Shown here one piece after another: positions 29,865-38,521 of a DNA stretch of 64,000 bases. This DNA comes from an uncultured virus (IMG/VR IMGVR_UViG_3300021400_004107) (lineage: Duplodnaviria; Heunggongvirae; Uroviricota; Caudoviricetes). The translations under genes were made by a program, and so were the position numbers. The DNA lies in IMG/VR virus record IMGVR_UViG_3300021400_004107; one strand, given 5' to 3'. Under the pieces are notes generated by a model that had not been told where the DNA came from, did no database searches, and was given only the letters and a program-made list of their open reading frames with translations. Position 1 is the stretch's first letter, and each line of letters begins with the position of its first letter.

Positions 29865-31265
29865 ATGCCCCGTTCAAAGGCGCAGAATCTGGCACACAAG
29901 GGATTTAAGTACCGCATCTATCCTGACGAGGAGCAGGCAAGGCTGATCCGTCAGAATTGCGGTGCGTCACGCTTTGTGTATAACTACGCACTTCGCTATA
30001 ACATTGATGCGAGGGACGCGGCTAAGGATGCGCTTGTGCGCGAGATCGAGGAGTTTGATGCTTCTTCTGAAGATAAGGCTCTGGCTTTGAATCTTGTCAA
30101 TATGACTTCCAAGGAACGTGCTAAGCATCTGTCTGAGATAACGGCTGGTAAGCTTAGAGAGCGCCTTCCCGAAGCGATCAAGGAAATGTACGCTAAGAGT
30201 GATTTTAACGCTTTTGCGATGCGTCCGGTTGTCGTCAGTCTGCGCGACGCGCTCGATGAAAACGGTGAGTATTCTTACGAGTGGCTCAAGAACTGTGACA
30301 ACGGTCTGTTCAGCTACGCGCTCGATGCTTTGGCCAAGGCTTTCGATAAGTGGAAGAAGGGTCAGGGCGGTTTCCCTAAGTTTAAGAACAGAGGGAACTC
30401 CAACAATTCTTACACTTCGCAGTGTGTCAACAACAACGTCAAGATCATAGATGATCGCTATGTTAAGCTTCCTAAGATCTCTCCTATCAAGATGATCTAT
30501 CACAGACCTGTTGAGGGCAAGATTAAGACTGCTACGGTGTCGTATACCGAGTCCGGCAAGTATTATGTCTCTTTGTGCTGTGAGTATGAGCAGCAGGAGA
30601 TGACTAACGGCGGTGACGTGGTCGGCATTGATGTTGGCATCAAGGAGTTCTACAGCGACTCCAAGGGCAATGTTGTTGATAACCCCAAGTTCTTGAAGAA
30701 GTCGGAAGAAAGACTTCTTAAGGAGCAGAAGCGTCTTTCTAAGATGATCGAGTCTCATATTGTAGAGTATAAGACTGGTCCGAGAGGTGGACGTGTTCCT
30801 GTTTTCGATAAGCCGATCCGCGAGTGCAAGAACATACAGAAGCAGAGAAGAAAGATCGCTAAGCTTCACGAGCACATTGCTAACCAGCGTGCGTATCTGC
30901 ACGATGTCGAGAGTTCCAGGATAGCGAAGGAGAACTCCTTGGTCTGCATGGAGACTTTGAATATCAAGGGCATGATGCAGAACTCGAAGCTCGCGCAGAG
31001 CATAGCCGATACAGGTTGGTATGATTTTAAGTCCAAGGTGAACTACAAGGTTAAGGATCACGGCGGAGTTGTCGTGGAGATACCGACATTCTATCCATCC
31101 TCACAGCTTTGTTCTGTTTGCGGATTTAAGAATAAGAAGATTAAGGATCTGAGTATCAGAGTCTGGAAGTGCCCTTCGTGCGGCGCGGTTCATGACCGAG
31201 ATGTGAATGCCGGAAAGAATATCTTAGCCGAAGGCTTAAGGATATTAGAAGGCATTGGAGCTTGA
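29865..31265 (+). CDS. tnpB: CRISPR-associated TnpB/Cas12-like RNA-guided nuclease (466 aa)
   Basis: KYRIYP..EQ..G..RFVYN N-terminus, GFPKFK, RuvC GIDVG / CMETL / HDRDVNA, CSVC..CPSC zinc finger; GAGGGA RBS. Confidence 0.93.
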   Translation: MPRSKAQNLAHKGFKYRIYPDEEQARLIRQNCGASRFVYNYALRYNIDARDAAKDALVREIEEFDASSEDKALALNLVNMTSKERAKHLSEITAGKLRERLPEAIKEMYAKSDFNAFAMRPVVVSLRDALDENGEYSYEWLKNCDNGLFSYALDALAKAFDKWKKGQGGFPKFKNRGNSNNSYTSQCVNNNVKIIDDRYVKLPKISPIKMIYHRPVEGKIKTATVSYTESGKYYVSLCCEYEQQEMTNGGDVVGIDVGIKEFYSDSKGNVVDNPKFLKKSEERLLKEQKRLSKMIESHIVEYKTGPRGGRVPVFDKPIRECKNIQKQRRKIAKLHEHIANQRAYLHDVESSRIAKENSLVCMETLNIKGMMQNSKLAQSIADTGWYDFKSKVNYKVKDHGGVVVEIPTFYPSSQLCSVCGFKNKKIKDLSIRVWKCPSCGAVHDRDVNAGKNILAEGLRILEGIGA

Positions 31266-31269
31266 TAAT

Positions 31270-31437
31270 TAAATAACAGTGTAGGAAGGTTGGCCTCCGA
31301 ACACTTAAAAATATACGTCTGTGGAGATCCAACGGCGTAGCTCAAGACTCAATCGGTTGACTCAGTTTGATCGAATGGCGAATAGCCGGTTTTGAGAGCG
31401 ATGCGGTCGTAGAAGCAGAAAATATGTGTAACTTGAG
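31270..31437 (+). ncRNA. omegaRNA(reRNA)-like scaffold / putative tracrRNA
   Basis: Hairpin AGTGT..ACACT; ACGTCTGTGGAG...GAAGCAGAAA motif like IS605-type TnpB RNAs; 3' end complementary to the repeat. Confidence 0.7.
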
Positions 31438-31984
31438 GGTCAAGACCTGATGTGTTTAACACAGTAGTCAAACACGGAATTCGCGGATCTTATCAAGACC
31501 TGATGTGTTTAACACGGTAGTCAAACGGGATGGTGCAACAAGAGATCGATCGCGTGGTCAAGGCCTGATGTGTTTAACACAGTAGTCAAACAGGCTGTTT
31601 GGTGTCGAGAGTCCTGAGGGCGGTCAAGACCTGATATGTTTAACACAGTAGTCAAACTTCTCTTTCAAGCATGGGATCAGACATTTTGGTTAAGACCTGA
31701 TGTGTTTAACACAGTTGTCAAACGAGATATGGAAGGGTAGAGGCTACGAAAAAGGTCAAGACCTGATGTGTTTAACACAGGAGTCAAACGAGATATGGAA
31801 GGGTAGAGGCTACGAAAAAGGTCAAGACCTGATGTGTTTAACACAGGAGTCAAACATATATGCAAGTCCTGCTCCTAGCAGGCGAGGTCAAGACCTGATG
31901 TGTTTAACACAGTAGTCAAACTTTCGTTATAATCAATATAGCGTCTTTTTGGTCGAGACCTGATGTGTTTAACAGTAGTCAAAC
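31438..31984 (+). CRISPR. CRISPR array: 9 repeats (consensus GGTCAAGACCTGATGTGTTTAACACAGTAGTCAAAC), 8 spacers (17,29,30,30,30,30,30,29 nt); divergent 10th repeat at 32014-32049
   Basis: Repeats start at 31438, 31491, 31556, 31622, 31688, 31754, 31820, 31886, 31951. Confidence 0.96.
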
Positions 31985-32135
31985 GAGAGAAACTCCTTTG
32001 AGGAAGCATGTGAGTTTGAGAACTGGTGGCTTTTGCATTGTGACCAAACGTCACACAGTATAACCATTGGTAAGGGGGGTATAAAATTACCCGTTCGCCG
32101 AAAAATATAACTGCTATGACAAGGGAAACAAAGAT

Positions 32136-32891
32136 ATGAACGTATTAGTCATACCCGATTCGCACTTGAGAGCCTGGATGTTCGACAGCGCAGACAAAAT
32201 AATTCAGCAGCATAAGCCCGATAAGGTCGTTGTGCTTGGGGACCTGGTAGATGACTGGGACCAGCAGCGCTGCGTCGTGCTGTATCAGAAGATGATGGAC
32301 AAGTGCGTAGAATTCGCAACTAAGTACCCGGATACGGTCTGGCTCTACGGCAATCATGACATCGCCTATTTGGACGCAGCGTGTCAGTGCTCCGGACACT
32401 CCGTCTTTGCCACGGCCACAGTAGCAGAAGGTCTGAACAGAATCCAAAACGCCCTCAATGATGAGATCAGGATCGTGGCAAGGATAGACGACGTGTTCTT
32501 TTCTCATGCCGGACTTGCCGAAGTGGAATGCCAGCTGTCGAAGGAAGCGGCGAGCAGGGAAGCAGAGTGGGATCTTATAACAAAGCATTTTAATCAGATG
32601 AATTATCGTAAGCTCTGGACTGATCTGTCGCCGATCTGGTATCGTCCGAATAACAGGTTTTTGCCATATTCTGCGGGCGGATGTCTTCAGGTGGCAGGTC
32701 ATACGCCGGTCCGCATGGCAGGTCTGTTTCAAAATCTGCTTATCACAGACACGTTCTCCACGGACAGAGTGCTCAGACCATTGGGTAATCAGTATTTTAC
32801 TATGGTCGACACTAAGACACACGAGTTGATGTTCTTCGACAAGGAGGCCGGAATCGTTACAAATACCGAAGTTGTCAGCGTTATGCGATAG
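32136..32891 (+). CDS. Calcineurin-like metallophosphoesterase
   Basis: DSH, GDLVD, GNHD, SHAG, GHTP. Confidence 0.85.
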   Translation: MNVLVIPDSHLRAWMFDSADKIIQQHKPDKVVVLGDLVDDWDQQRCVVLYQKMMDKCVEFATKYPDTVWLYGNHDIAYLDAACQCSGHSVFATATVAEGLNRIQNALNDEIRIVARIDDVFFSHAGLAEVECQLSKEAASREAEWDLITKHFNQMNYRKLWTDLSPIWYRPNNRFLPYSAGGCLQVAGHTPVRMAGLFQNLLITDTFSTDRVLRPLGNQYFTMVDTKTHELMFFDKEAGIVTNTEVVSVMR

Positions 32892-33005
32892 GAGTTATTA
32901 TTTATAGAAATATATAGATAAATATTGAAAATAATTCTAAGGATGGCTATATTATATATAAGAAGATAGGTATAGATACATCTCTTAGAAGGGAGACAGA
33001 AGAAT

Positions 33006-33749
33006 ATGAAACACGACAAACGCAATGTAAAACTTATCGCCATGATCGTTATGATCGGCATTAGTGCTACGGCACTTACTGCTTGCCTCAGCAAATGTTC
33101 CAATAAAGGTACTACTAATGAGACTGTAGAGAGCGTTATCGCTACCGAGCCTGTTGAAACGACTGAGGCTTCTGAGCCTACAGTTACTCCGACTGTTACA
33201 GTCAAACCTACGGCTACTCCCAAACCTACTGCTACGGTAACTCCTACAACCGCTGTTACTGAGAATGGTGGCGAGGGTACAGAGGCTACTACGACAGCAA
33301 CGGCTACGCCTACGACAGCTGGGATTAAACCTACTGCGGCAGCTCCTACTGAGGCTCCTGCTACTCAGCCTACAGCAACTGAAGCACCTGCTACACAGCC
33401 TGCGGCTACCGAGGCTCCTGCTGTTCAGCCTACAGCTGCGCCTGAACCTACTGCGACGCCTACACCTGAGCCTACAGCTACTCCGACACCAGAGCCTACG
33501 GAACCCGAAGAACTTAACTATTGCACAGTAGATCTTGAAGTTAGAGCCGGTACGGGGGAATGGGTGTCCTATTACACAATTTACGGCTACACTGCTAATT
33601 GTGTAAACGGCGTTTGGGAAGTTAGAAACAGCGAAGCGGATAGAGCTGAGGCGGATATTCAGGCTTTGTATGAAACAGACTGGGGCTTCCCTTGTGGCGG
33701 TTGCGGTTGGACTCTCACTAATTTCAGAGATTACAGAGCAAATCCATGA
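33006..33749 (+). CDS. Pro/Thr/Ala-rich lipoprotein
   Basis: Signal peptide with LTAC lipobox; TEAPATQP and TPEPT repeats. Confidence 0.8.
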   Translation: MKHDKRNVKLIAMIVMIGISATALTACLSKCSNKGTTNETVESVIATEPVETTEASEPTVTPTVTVKPTATPKPTATVTPTTAVTENGGEGTEATTTATATPTTAGIKPTAAAPTEAPATQPTATEAPATQPAATEAPAVQPTAAPEPTATPTPEPTATPTPEPTEPEELNYCTVDLEVRAGTGEWVSYYTIYGYTANCVNGVWEVRNSEADRAEADIQALYETDWGFPCGGCGWTLTNFRDYRANP

Positions 33750-33769
33750 TCATTGAGGAAAGGAGACAA

Positions 33770-33815
33770 ACGACGGAGCCTTCGGGCTCCGCCTTTATTT
33801 TTTGTCTGTCTATGC
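33770..33815 (+). repeat. 46-bp direct repeat containing a terminator, copy 1
   Basis: Identical to 34612-34657; CGGAGCC-TTCG-GGCTCCG hairpin + T-tract. Confidence 0.9.
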
Positions 33816-33853
33816 TGATGAATGGTCAGATTAAAATATGTTGTTGATATAAG

Positions 33854-34549
33854 GTGGTATATATGGACTTAAGAAATGAATTAAAACATTTAATTGATAA
33901 TCCTCTTAAACCCAACCCGTCTGAATGGGCTATGGATGCAGAAGACGTATTGGATAAAATGAATAGCCTTTCGGAAGAAGCACGGAGACACATTAAAATA
34001 ATCAAAATGCACGGTGGAGCATTTATGCAAGATAATGATGCTCTTGTTGCTATTTTGAAAAGAGCCTATAAAGCTGTGGCGGTGACAATTGTGCCTCCGC
34101 CGATCAAAACAAGGCATCAAGTATTTGTTGCAATGAAGTTCGATGATGAGCGTGAACGTTTGTATAAAGAAGTATTGACTCCAGTAGTTCAATCAGCGAA
34201 TTATTCAATAATTAAGGTCAATGAACAGGAATACGAAGGATCTGTTATTGAAAAGATAATTGATGATATTACTGATTCAACAATTCTGATCGCTGATTTA
34301 ACTGGAAATCGTGGTGGTGTGTATTATGAATTGGGTATAGCAAGGGGGCTTCAATTATGCAACCACCCCATCAAAATAATTCTTACTTGTGAAAAAGTTT
34401 TCTTTGATAGTGAGGGAGTTCATTTTGATGTTCAAGGAGATAACATCATTCTTTACACTTCTGATATTGATTATAAAGAAAAATTGACTCGAAGGATTCA
34501 GGCGTATCAAAGCAAAAAAGAGAATGATGATCATTATGCCCAGACCTAA
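33854..34549 (+). CDS. Nucleoside 2-deoxyribosyltransferase/TIR-like protein (AT-rich, putative defence effector)
   Basis: QVFVAM.F, IADLTGNRGGVYYE.G.A, VHFD. Confidence 0.7.
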   Translation: MVYMDLRNELKHLIDNPLKPNPSEWAMDAEDVLDKMNSLSEEARRHIKIIKMHGGAFMQDNDALVAILKRAYKAVAVTIVPPPIKTRHQVFVAMKFDDERERLYKEVLTPVVQSANYSIIKVNEQEYEGSVIEKIIDDITDSTILIADLTGNRGGVYYELGIARGLQLCNHPIKIILTCEKVFFDSEGVHFDVQGDNIILYTSDIDYKEKLTRRIQAYQSKKENDDHYAQT

Positions 34550-34613
34550 GAAAGACGGTAAAGTAATAAATTAATATGTACGGAAAGACTTGGCTGATCG
34601 CCTTGATCTATAC
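34536..34613 (+). pseudogene. Remnant of RHH-type gene (MPRPKKDGKVIN*YVRKDLADRLDLY)
   Basis: In-frame stop and truncation at the direct repeat. Confidence 0.4.
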
Positions 34614-34657
34614 GACGGAGCCTTCGGGCTCCGCCTTTATTTTTTGTCTGTCTATGC
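34612..34657 (+). repeat. 46-bp direct repeat containing a terminator, copy 2
   Basis: Identical to 33770-33815. Confidence 0.9.
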
Positions 34658-34712
34658 ACAAATAGTTACATTTTTGATATTATAATTAAGAAATAGATGA
34701 GAGGAGCGGAGT

Positions 34713-35903
34713 ATGGCAGGGAATAAAGACTTAGGCAAGGCCAAAGATGCTAAGAAAGACGAGTTTTATACTCAATTAGAAGATATAGAGCTTGAAATGA
34801 AGCATTACAAACAGCACTTCAAAGGCAAGACTGTATTCTGTAATTGTGACGACCCATATGAAAGCAACTTCTTCAAGTATTTTGCTATGAACTTTAACTA
34901 CCTGGGTCTTAAGAAACTTATTTCGACTTGTTATGTCTCCTCGCCTGTAATGTACACTCAACTGTCATTGTTCGATGACATGGAACAGACTTTTGAGAAG
35001 CCTGCAGATCCGAATAAGAAACCATATAAAGTTGAAATCACCGAAGTTACAGACGAAAATGGCGACGGTGCGTTCGATCTGGATGATATAAAGCAGCTCC
35101 TAAAGAGTAAAAAGAATGTCTGTACTGTCTTAAAAGGTGACGGAGATTTTCGTTCTGATGAGTGTGTTGAACTCTTAAAAGAAGCGGATATTGTGGTTAC
35201 TAATCCGCCATTCAGTTTATTTCGGGAATATGTATCACTTCTGACGAAATATGGTAAGGATTTTATCATTCTTGGTAATCAGAACGCGATTAACTATAAG
35301 GAAGTTTTTCCTTTGATAAAAGCTAATAAGGTTTGGCTCGGGGCCAGTATACACAGTGGAGACAGAGAATTCCGTGTTCCTGACGATTATCCGCTGCAAG
35401 CATCGAGTTATCGTGTGGATGATGAGGGCATCAAATATATTCGGGTAAAGGGAGTGCGTTGGTTTACCACTCTTGATTACGAAGAGCGACACGAAGATTT
35501 GATCCTATATAAATCATATGCACCAGCAGAATATCCTAAATATGATAACTATGACGCTATCGAGGTAGCAAAGACCGCCGAAATCCCTTGTGATTATTAC
35601 GGTGTCATGGGGGTACCCATTACATTTATGGATAAGTACAACCCAGATCAGTTCGAAATAGTAGGCATCAGTAAGACCTGGGCGACCGATTACGAGGTAA
35701 CTAAGTCAAAAGTATATAGAAACGCTGTTCAGTATAACAAGGATGGTACAAGGACATCTGGAAACAAGGTCAATGATGGCAGCGTCATTGCCTTAACCGA
35801 AAAACCGGAAGGAACCTATTACATGGATGACGCGTCTCCGGATAGGTATCTTGTACAGGTTTATGCCCGTATATTTATTCGCAGAAAGGAGCAACCCGTA
35901 TGA
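34713..35903 (+). CDS. EcoRI-family adenine DNA methyltransferase
   Basis: AK.DEFYT, CNCDDP, GDFRS.EC, VTNPPFSLFR, MGVPITF. Confidence 0.9.
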   Translation: MAGNKDLGKAKDAKKDEFYTQLEDIELEMKHYKQHFKGKTVFCNCDDPYESNFFKYFAMNFNYLGLKKLISTCYVSSPVMYTQLSLFDDMEQTFEKPADPNKKPYKVEITEVTDENGDGAFDLDDIKQLLKSKKNVCTVLKGDGDFRSDECVELLKEADIVVTNPPFSLFREYVSLLTKYGKDFIILGNQNAINYKEVFPLIKANKVWLGASIHSGDREFRVPDDYPLQASSYRVDDEGIKYIRVKGVRWFTTLDYEERHEDLILYKSYAPAEYPKYDNYDAIEVAKTAEIPCDYYGVMGVPITFMDKYNPDQFEIVGISKTWATDYEVTKSKVYRNAVQYNKDGTRTSGNKVNDGSVIALTEKPEGTYYMDDASPDRYLVQVYARIFIRRKEQPV

Positions 35904-36991
35904 AGATCGATCTTCACGAAATTACAGTAAAAGATGTAACTGAAGGATTTAAGGATTCTGCTGAGAACGGAGTTGTGGGTTATAACGGCAAGCTCAATAT
36001 CCGCCCTGCGTTTCAGCGTGAGTTCGTCTATTCAGGCAAGCAGCGTGATGAAGTTATAAATACTGTTCGCAACGGCTTCCCCCTTAACGTGATGTATTGG
36101 GTAAAGTCTGACGACGGCAACTATGAGCTCCTGGACGGCCAGCAGCGCACGTTATCCATCTGCCAGTATGTAAACGGCGATTTCTCTCTTAACAGCAAAT
36201 ACTTCCATAACCTGACACAGACTGAGAAAGACCAGATCCTGAACTACAAGCTCATGATCTACATCTGTGAGGGCAATGACAAAGAGAAACTCGACTGGTT
36301 CAAGATCATAAATATCGCCGGCGAAGAGCTGACAGCTCAGGAGCTCCGCAACGCAATCTACACAGGTCCGTTCATCTCCGATGCCAAGCGTTACTTCAGT
36401 AAGTCCGGCTGTGCAGCATATCAGATCGCAGGTGACTACATGTCCGGATCTGCTATTCGCCAGGACTACTTAGAAGCCGCCATCAGCTGGATCGCAGCCA
36501 GAGAGGATAAGTCCATCGAGGACTACATAGCCGAGCACCAGCACGATGCCAATGCCAACGCGCTCTGGCTCTATTTCCAGCAGGTCATAAGCTGGGTCAA
36601 AGTCGTGTTCCCGAAGTACCGTAAGGAGATGAAAGGCTTACCTTGGGGCATCTATTTCAATAAGTATGGTGCTAATTCCTATGATGCCAATGTCCTTGAA
36701 GAGCGCATTGTCGAGCTTATGGAGGATGAAGAAGTTACCAGCAACAAGGGTATCTATGAGTATCTGCTCTCGGGTAACGAGAAGACTCTGAGCCTAAGGG
36801 CTTTTCCGGATAAGATAAAGAGAGCTGTCTACGAGAAGCAGGGTGGTAAGTGCGCCTTCTGCGGGCAATCTTTCCCGATCGAGCGCATGCAGGGCGATCA
36901 TATCGTTGCCTGGAGCAACGGTGGCACTACAGTCATCGAGAACTGTCAGATGCTCTGCGCTCAGTGCAACGGTACGAAGTCCAATCACTGA
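35900..36991 (+). CDS. DUF262 + HNH restriction endonuclease
   Basis: RP.FQRE.VY, DGQQR; C-terminal C..C..DH...W..GG.T..N.Q.LC..CN. Confidence 0.88.
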   Translation: MKIDLHEITVKDVTEGFKDSAENGVVGYNGKLNIRPAFQREFVYSGKQRDEVINTVRNGFPLNVMYWVKSDDGNYELLDGQQRTLSICQYVNGDFSLNSKYFHNLTQTEKDQILNYKLMIYICEGNDKEKLDWFKIINIAGEELTAQELRNAIYTGPFISDAKRYFSKSGCAAYQIAGDYMSGSAIRQDYLEAAISWIAAREDKSIEDYIAEHQHDANANALWLYFQQVISWVKVVFPKYRKEMKGLPWGIYFNKYGANSYDANVLEERIVELMEDEEVTSNKGIYEYLLSGNEKTLSLRAFPDKIKRAVYEKQGGKCAFCGQSFPIERMQGDHIVAWSNGGTTVIENCQMLCAQCNGTKSNH

Positions 36992-36995
36992 CACT

Positions 36996-37160
36996 ATGGA
37001 TCGGTCTGACTACAACAACCTCACGCCTGAAGAAAAGCGCCGTCAGCTCTACCTTATCCAGAAAAACACCCTGGATAAGTTCCTGGAGCGTAAAGCTATA
37101 TCCGAATACCAATACGAACAGAGTCTCCGGGAGCTTCAGACCAAGATGTGCCTTCAATAA
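36996..37160 (+). CDS. Small hypothetical protein
   Basis: ATG five nt after the HNH gene stop. Confidence 0.45.
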   Translation: MDRSDYNNLTPEEKRRQLYLIQKNTLDKFLERKAISEYQYEQSLRELQTKMCLQ

Positions 37161-37296
37161 ACTCTTCTCTTATCTACTCAAAAGCCTATTCTCAAAGGTC
37201 GGGAAAATAAATCCTGTCTCCTCTACTTAATTTTGCATTTTTTGTAACATTACACGCTATAATATAAATAAGGAATATTTATAAGGATGTAATGTT

Positions 37297-38502
37297 ATGA
37301 CAATCGATAAACGAGAAGGTAAGAAGGGTGTGTCTTACCGTATAAGGGTGTACGCCGGAGCAGACGCTACAGGCAAAAAGAGGTTTTTTGTCGAGACATA
37401 CAATCCGCCTCCGGGTATGTCGGCCAGGCAGGCTTATAAGGAGGCTTATCAGATCGGGCTTGAACTTGAAAAGCGTTGCGAAAAGGGCGCTCCGGTTGAG
37501 TACGACCGCTTGACTTTCGCAGAGTTTGTGAACGGTATGTACACAGAACAGCACTTATCCAAGCTCAAGTCACGCACCAGAGCCGGATACCTGGAGATAC
37601 TTAATGCGAGGATCCTGCCGTACTTCGGCAGTATGTACCTGCGCAAGATCAAACCCGGTACTATCCGTGCGTGGCTCGACGGTCTCAAGAGATTCGACAC
37701 CAGCCCTTTCAAAGGCGAACTTACCGATACCAGCAAAGCTGATTGGCTGAGGACGTTATCTGCAGTGCTCGGTAAGGCTTACGAGTGGGAGCTCATAGAC
37801 GAGAATCCCTGCCGGCGCGTCAAATCGCCTACCAAAGCTAAGATCAATGTTGTTGCATGGCAACTGGAAGACGTTAGGAAAGTTTTGACCAGTCTTGACG
37901 CTTATAAGAACATCCGCGCATGCATGTTCATACTGGTCGCATTGAACTCGGGACTTCGTGAAGGCGAACTTGCGGGACTGCAATGGTCTGACTTTGATTT
38001 TGAGGATAATAAGTTCTCTGTCAACCGTACGATCCACTACGAAAAGGGAGGCTTGGTTGTCGATACTCCTAAGACTCAACATGGCTATAGAGACATTCCG
38101 TTCAGTGACGCTTTGAAAGACAAACTCCTGCAATATAAGATCTGGCAAGACGAACAGATAGAAAAGCTCGGCGACCGGTATTTGGGGAATCCTGGCCTTA
38201 ATGCCAATGTCTTTATGGCCAAAAACGGAAAACCCGTCTATGATACTACATTTCGCAAGTGGCTCAGGGATTACTGTGAGTGGTGTGGCGTGCCGAGGAT
38301 CCCTGTCCATGCTTTGAGACATACCTTCGCTTCCGTGCTTATAGCCAACAATGTCGATGCCAGAACAGCTGCGGATCTTCTGGGTCACGCGTCGGCGTCT
38401 CTGGTCCTTGACGTGTATGCAAATCCGCAGGACGAAGCCAAGAAAAGAGCTGTTAAAAAATTAGACGACGTGTATAATAATTCAGACAGCAAAAAGCCGT
38501 AA
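37297..38502 (+). CDS. Tyrosine integrase
   Basis: GLREGE..GL.W.D, PKT, HALRHT, LLGH, Y catalytic pattern; N-terminal arm-binding region. Confidence 0.95.
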   Translation: MTIDKREGKKGVSYRIRVYAGADATGKKRFFVETYNPPPGMSARQAYKEAYQIGLELEKRCEKGAPVEYDRLTFAEFVNGMYTEQHLSKLKSRTRAGYLEILNARILPYFGSMYLRKIKPGTIRAWLDGLKRFDTSPFKGELTDTSKADWLRTLSAVLGKAYEWELIDENPCRRVKSPTKAKINVVAWQLEDVRKVLTSLDAYKNIRACMFILVALNSGLREGELAGLQWSDFDFEDNKFSVNRTIHYEKGGLVVDTPKTQHGYRDIPFSDALKDKLLQYKIWQDEQIEKLGDRYLGNPGLNANVFMAKNGKPVYDTTFRKWLRDYCEWCGVPRIPVHALRHTFASVLIANNVDARTAADLLGHASASLVLDVYANPQDEAKKRAVKKLDDVYNNSDSKKP

Positions 38503-38521
38503 GTCCGACTTACGTTTTCAG

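Noticed and set aside
29967..31061. 364-aa antisense ORF within tnpB (and similar antisense ORFs in virB4, integrase, topB)
   Set aside because: Shadow ORFs expected from codon bias; no recognisable motifs
29750..31437. Complete IS200/IS605 or IS607 transposon
   Set aside because: No tnpA nearby and the right end is replaced by the CRISPR array
31527..31687. Self-targeting by spacers 2 and 4 (11-12-nt matches near 28678 and 60290)
   Set aside because: Matches are short, do not extend, and are plausible by chance in 64 kb
31677..31915. ORFs across the CRISPR array
   Set aside because: Artefacts of the 66-nt periodicity
33170..33510. Nucleotide repeats in the lipoprotein gene as a second array
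   Set aside because: In-frame Pro/Thr/Ala linker repeats within a coding sequence
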